A DNA stretch of 63,855 nucleotides, filler included, from Dicyema japonicum (lineage: Eukaryota; Animalia; Dicyemida), in NCBI GenBank assembly GCA_011109175.1. It is 7 parts of 7 records of this genome, joined end to end, with 100 filler letters (N's around TTAATTAATTAA, not from the genome) between each part and the next. Parts side by side here need not be neighbours in the genome. Positions count along the whole stretch, not along the records: positions 53,520 to 61,294 come from RDEW01000054.1; positions 61,395 to 63,855 come from RDEW01000195.1; 5 more parts are not named here. One strand, 5' to 3'. The notes under the pieces were generated by a model that saw nothing but the letters and a program-made list of their open reading frames with translations, searched no databases and was not told the origin of the DNA. The first letter of the stretch is position 1; each line of letters starts with the position of its first letter. Position numbers and translations under genes: made by a program. Of the stretch, positions 53,951 to 63,855 are shown one piece after another.

Positions 53951-56611
53951 AGGTACGGTTCCAGGCCTCACGTGCATGACCGACGTTCTGGTCTGTAGAG
54001 TATTCGGGGAAGGAGTGTAGAATCCTCATAACAAGTTTATCAAAAGGCATTTTCTTAATTCTTTTTTTACATTAACTAATAGAAATGTCTATAGAGCTGC
54101 AAATTACGAGTAACCGAATCTGACCGGCAGTGTGACGTGCTTTCAAAAGTTTTCCTCAAACCGGAAATTAAAGATACGTTCCGCTGTTTGAAAGAAGATC
54201 TCTTCAATGTGCGAGTTGTTCGGATTGCCTGAAATAGCGAGGCAGTCATCAGTAAATATGCACGACTCAGTACGTTGAGGCTGCTCTTTAGGAGGAATAA
54301 TGATACATCAAGCAAACAAAAGCGGTCCAGAGTCCCTTCGATAATTGTTGCTTATCNCTGAACTTTTAAATTAACTATCGACTAATTATTTTTATTGAAT
54401 TAATTTAAACAATTAGTTAGTTAGTTTGTCAGTTAAAATTTCTTGTGTTATGTTTACATTACAACTAAACGAATTTGAAATTCTTATCAATGGATCTTTC
54501 CTCAACAGGATCCTTTTTGACTTTCATCAAAAGGGCGTACAGCCCTTTCCGCGAATCCCTTGGAGACGTCGAACCTAGTCCAGGCTCATGGAATACCTAA
54601 CAATTCGGGATCTCTTGAAAAAGAGACGAGCTGATGGAATTTTTATTCTCTCACCACGTGGACATTGCATTAATATAGGAAAACCTATTGTCTTCATCAT
54701 GTCCTACTACTCAATTAAAAAGTAATCCTCCATTCTCGTAAACCATAAATGAAACGAATGGGATGATTTATCAAACTCATTTTGACAGTGTTCTCTTCAA
54801 TAACACAACACTGTCAACATTTCTAACAAGATCATCTTATTACAGATTATAATCAACAACTTGGAGTACAAAATCATCAGGGATATATTCTTCCTCCTCC
54901 GAGTTGCTGAAAAAAAGATGTCGAGCAGATATCTATTGGATCTCGTACTTGAAGAACATATTCGTGTGCGGGGATATTAATACCAGGAATCTTCTATGCT
55001 CTGTCGAAACTGAATCCACGAGGGTAATATATCTCGTAGCAGATTGTAAGCCTCGTCGTCCTAAATCCGTCTCTAACACACTTGTACAGTTATACGATCA
55101 TACGAATCCAACACCTACCTATATCTCCACTATATCTTCTTGGTTTCATCGAAATCTTTCAAAAATATTTTAATATCGATTCCGAATAAGAAAGATATAA
55201 GCTATAATGAGGTAGATGGAGAGACTGGACGTGGAAAGTCCTTTTCGAATTGTGGTTCATTTGTCTCAGTATGGGATAATCATTTCTTTCCCATGTGCTT
55301 TGCTTCCGCCAAAGAGTAGTAATGTTTTCCCTACTATAATTCCTGTTTAGGCAGAACTCGCATTTTATTAAGAACAGTCATTCAATTTTATCTAAAGCAT
55401 TAATTTTAAAGTAAAAATGTTTTAAACTGATCGTTCTATTTTTTACTTATGTGGAAGTCCAAAAGACTATTCAGTTTTTCTGTGATGAATTACTGATACG
55501 GCCGAGACGGCTTTATCATTTAACAATACATCTCCATTTGTTTTGTGAAGAACTACCAAGTGATATGAAGTTTTTTCTCTCTTCACATTCTTGAACTCTC
55601 GGACACTCTTCTTACGAAAATCGGTCAACTAATCTTACCCTTTCAAACAACAATCGCGGGTGATGCAGTCTACTCTAGTTGATTGACATTTCATTTCACA
55701 TGGGAAATCTACACGCAGTTAGGATGCGCCCATCTAACTACAATTTTATATTCTTAGGTGAGAGATAAGCAGGAATGATTTATAATTGTTATGCAAATTT
55801 CAGCTCCTAAACGATACAATAAGGGGATAGATGTAAAGTCTGCTTAGACATTTCCAACGGTAACTAACACTTTATTCAAGTCATCACTCAGTAGTTTGTC
55901 ACAAGAAATCTGAAACCGAAAACACTTTATTCAACAGGAATTAGTAGTTAGTTTATAGGCAATAAACGAGTCTGTCTATGCGGCATGGACACTTCCATTG
56001 CACTTCATCTCCATTTTAATCTCGTCATAGCGTCGGATCACTTTGATCCTCTTCTCCACAATATGTTTGACCGATGCAATCTAGTATTCTTCCGTACTCA
56101 GGACATCAAACAGCTTTTTCCCCAAGGCCAACGATATTGCTGAACTTCTCGACATTTCCATGAGCAACATTATCGCATCTCTTTGAAGAGAGAAAAAACA
56201 GATTTCAAACGAGCTTTTTCCAAAAAACGAGCTATTGAAGTGACTGGTTTCTATTCCTTGCTCGAATCCGTCAGTATGTGTAGACACGGAAAAGTTCTTA
56301 TTTAATTGCTAGACTTTTTCCTCATTGTCATGTTTATTCCAGATGTTCTCTCAGAATGCGAGGAACTCATTTTCAATATAGCTAAACTTGGCTTTTTCAT
56401 GTTCTCTATTCAGATTCATGTATAATTACCTCCTATTAAGTATAAAGCACCAATTCTGTCTTTTAAATTTGGTCTTGAGTGATGAATTTTTAGTTTCTTT
56501 TCTAAGACTTTAATTTCATCTTGGATGAAGACGATAATTTAAAAAAATATAATTTTATAATTTTATATTTGAAAATTTTTTTTTTCAAAAAAATAGGCGG
56601 AATTAATTAAA

Positions 56612-57781
56612 ATGATCTGCCTGATTATCATTACTTGTCTTATATTTTTTAGTTACAATAGTTCGTCTACAATTCATTTCAAATATGAATTAATCAATGA
56701 TTTCATCTACGAGGATAAATATTATGAAATCCAATGGAATAATTTCATAGAAAAATATAGTTAAGATAATTTTTACTTTAGATAAATCATCTTCTGGACT
56801 GGAACTTAAAGTGAGAATGGCTATTTTTAAAGAAAAGCTAAGATTTATTAACAGTCACAATTTGCTTTCAAAGCAAGGAAAAGTTACCTATGAATTAGGA
56901 ATTAATCAGTTTTCTGACATGGTTAAATTACAATTTATTTTCGTAGACAAGAAGAGAAATTACCATACCAACAAAATTATCTGGTTCGTATATTTTTTAT
57001 GATTCATACGAAAATGAATTACTAAAAGATTACTCATTGAACGTTAATAAAATAAGATTTCCTTCATCTTTTAATTGGAGAAAGCAAAACTGTGTAACTA
57101 GAGTAAAAAATCAGGGACCTGGATGTCGCTCGTGTTATGCATTTGCGGCGGTTAACGACTTTTTAATGTTTTTAGTTGGCTACGTTGGAGTCGCAATTGG
57201 CAATCAAACACAATATTCTTGTATCTTTGAGCGAACAAAACATTATTGATTGTGCATATGATCATGGTTGTGATGGAGGAAATACAAATATAGTCTATTA
57301 ATATATAATGAAAAACGGAGGAATTAATTCTGAAAAGCGATATCTATATAAGGGAAAGGTTTTATAGAAAATAATTATGTAGGAAGGTAAATGCTACTAT
57401 AATAGACAACCAAATATTAAATTCAATTTGTGTAGCTATAAAAGAATTAAAGATGGTGATGAAAAAATGCTTATGCATGTTCTCGTGAAGTATGGACTTG
57501 TTACTGTTGATTTTTATACTTCTCTGAATAGCTTTCATAATTATCATCGAGGTAAATATAAGTGAAACGTTTAAGGAATATACTATACTAAACTTTGTTT
57601 TAAATATAAATCTACTCATGTAATGTCTGTTGTTGGTTATGGAGTTTCGAAGGGAAAAAAATATTGGCTTATTAAAAATGGATGGGGAAAATATTGGGGA
57701 ATTAATGGATACTTGAAACTGGCACGAGGGAAGAATAACTGCAAATTTCCTTTAAATAGCTTTTATCCTATAATAGAATAA
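56612..57781 (+). pseudogene. Cathepsin L-like (papain C1A) protease gene with an in-frame TAA (57299-57301) and a frameshift near 57430
   Basis: Signal peptide, I29 prodomain (GINQFSDM), [47 protein letters not shown]; five short GT-AG introns. Confidence 0.85.
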
Positions 57782-59199
57782 CTTAATTATTTAATTAGTT
57801 AACATTTGGTTTTTGGAGATTAAATGGATTAATTATTTATTGAATTACTGATGATTTTATACTTTAGTCACGAGTTTTTGTATAGTTGTCGTTTCTCTAA
57901 ATCGTCTATATTCACAAGTCTCTAAATACTAAAGGTATTCTCAATTCAGTTTCATCTTGTTTTTTAAATAAAAATACTGGATTGTTCGAAAACGGCGAAA
58001 ATCATTTTTACTACGTCAAGTCTTAATTGGGAGAACAAATAACTGATCCTCAGTTGCTTTTCCCCATACGCAATTTTCCTTGAATAAACTGATTTTTGAA
58101 TTACCTTTGTTTTAGTCATTCAGAGTTATCTCAGTTTGACATCCCTTAGAAATTTATCTATATATTTAACATTAAATTACAATATCCTCTTTTTTGAAAA
58201 TTATAGGTCATCAATAAAAAAGACAAATGGTTAGTTGAAATATCAACATATTAGTATCTACTTGATTGATCTAACGTTTTAAGAACGTAGAATTAAAAAT
58301 CCTGAAAATGGGTCCTTCGTTGTAAGATAATAAAATCTCCTCCAAATTTCCACGACTAAGCTATACAGACTAAAATCTTGATAAAAATTGGAGCTTGATT
58401 AAATGTATAATTTTTAATGCGAAACTTTTTATTTTCCCTCATTGTCAACAAGTTATCAACGTTTTAATTATATCTTTTACATCATTTAGTTTTCATAAGT
58501 ACGTTTGATTGTGGGTGTCTAATGCTTACGTTAGACCGGCTTGGTTTCCCCGATAATCTAGGATTACGAAGAATCATATTAGCTCCAGCTTTTCCCAGGC
58601 AAGAAATGCGCTCTGAAATTATTATTATTATTAAATCAATCCAAAGATTAAAGTCCACAAAGGTCTGGATGAAACAATGAACGGGTATTCATCGACTACT
58701 TTATTTTGGATGGGGTTTGCTATACGGTAAATGCAGCTGTAGTGGCTCAATGAGCATGAACTATCAACGAAAAAATTCCCATCCTTTAACTTCGCCTAGG
58801 AATTCACCGTAATACTACTATTGATTATCAATGCATATGCACAGACCACAGTGAGAGTATCCACTAACTCTGAAAAACTTGACAATTCTACCTTCCAAAT
58901 CTTAGTCTTACTTTTCCTTGTGAGCTCTTACACAAAGCCTGCGATTCTCATTGACTTTCTTAAAGGAGAACGTAACATAAATCTTATGAGGAAACTTTCC
59001 TACGATTTAATTGGATGTACGTTACTGCAAAACATACGTATAAAAATGTTGTCTGGTTTTGTCATCATCTGTCTATTAACTTTTCTTTAATTTCGTTCTA
59101 AGATCTCTTACTGCGCCTAAAAATGCTCAAATATGTTTGCATTTTTTACAGCTTTGTTTTTTATCTTTCTAGCGTAAACGTTTCTTATAATTTAACCCG

Positions 59200-59600
59200 A
59201 AGGCCATAATTTTGTGAGTTAATGTTTTTTATATATTTTCGTCTGCGGGGATCACACAGCAAATCATTATTGTTAGTGAATTCCCTTCAAATATTCGGAG
59301 TCGAATGACTCTAGTGTGAAGAGATCATTCGTCATGTGTGAAATAGAGATAATAATTCAAGAAACACGTCACCAGCTTAACCAACTTAAGGTTTAAATGA
59401 CGAAACTTTCAAAATTCTAATACTCTTTAAGTTTCTATGTGGCATGTTGACTATTTTTTTCTCGGAAAGCTCATTAATTACGCTTTCAAGTACTAGAAGG
59501 ACACTATTAATGTGGATTGATTCTATTAGTAGAAGTCTATTGTTTCCTGTATTATTTACTCGTTCTGATCCTGCCAAGTCGACAAAATTCATTTTTAGGA
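59200..59600 (-). pseudogene. Kinesin motor fragment (KIF27/KIF7/kinesin-4-like), degenerate
   Basis: FVDLAGSERV..TG..ESIHINS..IRILK, then GNSLTIMICCVIP with a stop. Confidence 0.7.
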
Positions 59601-59749
59601 CAAAATATTGTATGTCGCAGTCTCTACCTCCAAAACAGTCCATTTATGTAAAACGGAAATAATAAATCAATTTTATAATTTTTCTATTTTTTAAATTATT
59701 TTGTATTTTTAAAGTTTAAATGTAAACTATATATCACTAAACTTAATCT

Positions 59750-59885
59750 GATGCTGGAAATCTTGAGTCATCTAGGGAATCGAATTTCTACACGATCAGG
59801 AGGCCTTCAAGAGCGCTGCTCGTTTGTTTGAGCGAATCTCGCTCGTCATCCTGAGAGGGAATAGTCACGCAGTCTGGGCATCCGC
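59750..59885 (+). pseudogene. CRE-clade 3' end remnant
   Basis: LFERISLVILRGNSHAV. Confidence 0.6.
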
Positions 59886-60029
59886 TATTTGACCATTTGC
59901 TAACTTTTCTTTCCTAAATAAATTTTTAATATCTTTGTTTTAATTTATCAATGAAAGGGAATTTTACTTTCAAACAAATTTTATTTAAAAGTTACTTTTT
60001 TACGAAAAACGTTAAAATTAAAAGGAGAC

Positions 60030-61290
60030 AAGTAATAATTAAAATATAAGTAAATAGACCTATCGATAGTTAACGGAAAATACAGCAAAAACTTGAAACA
60101 GATTCGAAAAGGCACCACAAAAACCATACATAGTGGCGCTTGGTATATCTTTATGCACATGACCACAGGCAGGTTGAGACTTATCAAAAGCGTAAATGTA
60201 ATCCAGTCATCCTTCAACGTCACTCTAAAACTACGACCAAACCAAAATCTACGAATTGGTTAATGAATTTCTACTCTGTAACACTTGATCGGGCTGAAAT
60301 TATATCTTGTTTTTCTCACTACTGATTCCTTCTAAATGTAGTCCCTCATTAAATTAGCACCTAAGCAATATTTCAGCCGATTCCAAAACACTTATTTTAT
60401 TATATAAGTATGATCTGATATCGGCTCTGAGACAAAAGAAAGAAAGAGGATAAAAAAGCATCACATATTTCATAAATACTGCATGATCCACAGACAGCAT
60501 TTGGCCACTAAGAATATCGGATGAGATATGGAAGAACCACTCAACATTGTCATCATTTAACTTTGTCAAAAGTAATTCAGTGAATGACAGAATACTTAAC
60601 AATTTTGTCAATATGAAAATTTTAAACTCTATTGCTTCACACAGTCGTAACATGGTTATCAAGGTATGGGGAAGACTATGAATATGTGGGAAAAATAATC
60701 AACTTTCTCAAGTCAATAATGAAATATTCCAACTCCAATAAGCAATCTGGTAAAGCTAATAAAGTTTGGAAGGACTTTAGTCTAAATCCAAAATTTTGTA
60801 TCTCAGTGATATCTTGACAACATTGAATTAGCTTCTCTTGAACTACAAAGTAGAAGATCAGACTTAATCATCTGTGCACGGAAAATAAAAGGCTATATGG
60901 GGAAATTGAAATTTTGGAAAAAACAGTTTAAGAAAAACAATCTGGTATCACTGTTATCATTTGAAAATTTTAACCACTCTGGTTTGTGAATTTAAAATTA
61001 TGAACCAAGAGATGAAAATCCCGAGTTGGCTGAAATGCTGTTGGATTAGAAAAAATGTGAAACTGAGAACATAGTTGATAAAGACGATGTCATGCCTACA
61101 TAATAATAAAATACTCTCACCCAAATGTTTTCCAAAAAGAGGAAACAATCATAATTTCTTTTCCTACAAACTGGACGGTTGAATCAGGCTTTACAGCTGT
61201 TTTGGAGGTTTTTAGTTAAAAAACGAAACACATATGGTTCAGTAGCAGAGGAACAACAAGATGAAGACTGAATACCTGCATAAAAAGTTA
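60030..61290 (+). pseudogene. Degraded hAT (Buster-like) transposase
   Basis: CMIHRQHLA, LLHT..WLS and WTVESGF remnants. Confidence 0.6.
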
Positions 61291-61394
61291 CTTTNNNNNN
61301 NNNNNNNNNNNNNNNNNNNNNNNNNNNNNNNNNNNNNNTTAATTAATTAANNNNNNNNNNNNNNNNNNNNNNNNNNNNNNNNNNNNNNNNNNNN

Positions 61395-63120
61395 TGAAGA
61401 GTCAGTTGGCGGTAATGTTTGAAGAATGATCACCCACTGTAGAAAAAAGGGAAAATCATGATCTCATAAAAGGAAAAAGGGATATTTTTTATTTTTTATT
61501 ATTGAGAAATTATTTTTTTTTAATTTAATAATAAATTATATTTTAAACAAAACCAATTAATCATTGATTTATATAATTACTTTTAATATAGAAATTGCCG
61601 AATTGGCTGAAGAGTCAGTTGGCAGTAATGTTGAAAGAATAATCACCCACAAAAGGAAAAGGGATAATCATGATCTCGTAAATAGAAAAAGGGATATTTT
61701 TTATTTTTTATTAATGAAAAATTATTTTTTTTAAATTAATAATAAATTATATTTTAAACAAAACCAATTAATCATTGATTTATATAATTACTTTTAATAT
61801 AGAAATTGCCGAATTGGCTGAAGAGTCATTCGGCAGTATTTTTTATTTTTTATTAATGAGAAAATATTTTTTATAAATTAATGATAAAATGCATTTTAAA
61901 GAAAGACAATAAATCATTGATTTAAATAATTAAATTTAATATAGAAATTGCCTAATTGGCTGAAGAGTCATTCGGCAGTAATGTTGAAAGTATGATCACC
62001 CACAAAAGGAAAAGGGAAAATCATGATCCCATAAAAGGAAAAGGGATATTTTTTATATTTTTATTAATGAGAATATATTTTTTAAGAAATTAATGATAAA
62101 ATAAATTTTAAACAAAACCAATAATTCATTGATTTATATAATTAAATTTAATATAGAACGTGCTCAATTGGCTGAAGAGTCAGTTGGCGGTCATTATTAT
62201 AGATTGATATCCCAAAAAATGAAAAGGGTAAATCATGATCCCATAAAAGGAAAAAGGGATATTTTTTATATTTTAATTAATGAGAAAATTTATTTTGAAA
62301 AATTAATTTTTTAAGCAAATTAAAAACAATTATTTAACAAAAAACAAATGTTAGTTGAGGAGGTCGGCTGCGTGGATGAGAACGAGTTCCCTCGGAGTAT
62401 GGCCATTTTAANATTAATTTTTTAAGCAAATTAAAAACAATTATATAACAAAAAACAAATGTTAGTTGAGGAGGTCGGCTGCGTGGATGAGAACTAGTTT
62501 TCTCGGAGTATGGCAATTTCAATCTCTTGTCTTAGCGATAACCCTTATCGTTGTTCCCTTTTTTTGGCAAGCATTCCTCTTAGTTCGCGCAAACACTCAG
62601 TCGTCATTGGACCTCATTAGTCAGAAATTAATAATAAATTATATTTTAAACAAAACCAATTAATCATTGATTTATATAATTAATTTTAATATAGAAATTG
62701 CCAATTGGCTGAAGAGTCAGTTGGCATTGATTGTGAAAGATTGATATCCCAAAGAAGGAAAAAGGAGAATCATGATCCCATAAAAGGAAAAAGGGATATT
62801 TTTTATATTTTTATTATTATTATTATTATAAGCAACTACATAGAATCATATAAACTATAATTCTATTCGTGCCGCGTCCGAACAATCCTCATAATTAGCC
62901 TTTCCGATCCCCTTTTGTCCGATGCCAAGTTCCGAGACTACTAAGGTCTTCACCGTCCTTTAGTTGTCTGGTTACTGATCTAAGGTCACCATTAAGGACT
63001 TCTCGATATTTTTATTAATGAGAATATATTTTTCAGAAATTAATGTTAAAATAAATTTTAAACAATACCAATAAATCATTGATTTAGATAATTACATTTA
63101 ATATAGAAATTGTCCAATTG
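61395..63120. repeat. ~212-bp tandem repeat with a conserved GC-containing hairpin
   Basis: ctgaagagtca cores at about 61394, 61607, 61818, 61960, 62172 and 62709 within a conserved AT-rich unit. Confidence 0.9.
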
Positions 63121-63169
63121 ACAATCTCATTCAGAGCCTTTGCCTGCAGATCTGCCAGCGCGCCATAGC

Positions 63170-63855
63170 TGTCTATTATGTCATATGTGCCAAACGATAC
63201 CTATTGGCTGCCTGTTACATTAACCTTAAACCAAGATTAACTTCAGTTAATTTTATAAATGATTTATTAACTACAAAAAATTAAATTTAAGTAACTTTTT
63301 TAAGTCTGCTCATTAATACACTCGATATTTCTCCTTTCGAATTTTTTATCTATCAAATTAAGCTATTTAAAACTACCTCAACGCGATTATTCGATAAAAT
63401 ATTAATTATTTCTGCAACTGGATAATACTGAGATTCAAACTTATCCAGTCGCAATGAGGGATTTGTTCCAAAGTTTTTTTAGCCCGAACCTATTTATTAA
63501 TGTTTTTAATTCATACTTTATCTCCCATGTTGGAAGTATATTTAGGCGGAACAAAGATCTTAAGTTTTCACATACTTCTTTACCAGACTTATTATAGAGT
63601 GGTCGTACAAAAGCAAATCTATAAATTAAAAAAAACCAACCTACTATATATGTCAATGACCGTTAAAATCCATTTGAAATTTTCATTTAATGTTGAAAAT
63701 TTTTTCAGGTTTATTAGATCTACCTGAAAACGTTCATTTGGAGAAGAAACAAACACATGGTGATTTATATCTCCAATCTACAATTATAAAAAATCACGAA
63801 CTTTTGAAGGACGCGAAAATTTGCAGACTTCACAATTTCGAATGACTTTTCTGAT
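63170..63855 (-). mobile_element. Ginger family B copy (deleted) with integrase core and micro-introns
   Basis: CEVC..SK|IGD..ERFQVDLINL..WILTVIDIYSR|FAFVRPL; introns 63778-63801, 63619-63640, 63350-63376; terminus TGTCTATTATGTCA at 63170. Confidence 0.8.

Noticed and set aside
55900-56530. Minus-strand protein-like frame with several stops
   Set aside because: No family could be assigned and no consistent intron solution was found
57299-57301. TAA at a usually-Gln position in the cathepsin, suggesting a ciliate-type code
   Set aside because: TAA and TAG terminate the intact genes (LAMP, HP1, Ginger) and none needs readthrough; a CAA-to-TAA change or an error is simpler

Overview
AT-rich eukaryotic (animal) genomic DNA. 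It is not one locus: seven unrelated scaffolds are joined by artificial 100-nt spacers (N44-TTAATTAATTAA-N44). Genes use the standard code and are split by very short GT-AG introns, mostly 22-31 nt, which is why the ORF track misses them. Such introns plus a PRD-class homeobox suggest a genome-reduced parasitic animal such as a dicyemid or myxozoan (inference). Host genes reconstructed by hand-splicing: an intact two-domain LAMP-like protein, a K50 Otx-like homeobox, TIPIN/Swi3, two intact HP1-like paralogs plus fragments, a PIG-O/PIG-G-like transferase, a cathepsin L-like gene with lesions, and PDE GAF and KIF27/7-like fragments. Most other sequence is TE-derived: CRE, RTE and other LINE fragments, Tc1, pogo, hAT, Merlin, Helitron and Ginger-type integrase transposons. 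Highlights: (1) DNA transposases of three superfamilies carry host-sized micro-introns, including an intact 408-aa Ginger-type integrase with five; (2) a ~315-nt TSD-flanked SINE-like family contains an HDV-ribozyme-like nested pseudoknot; (3) HP1 paralogs are interleaved with Helitron pieces; (4) a PHD finger is fused to a CRE-clade RT; (5) a ~212-bp tandem repeat carries a conserved hairpin.
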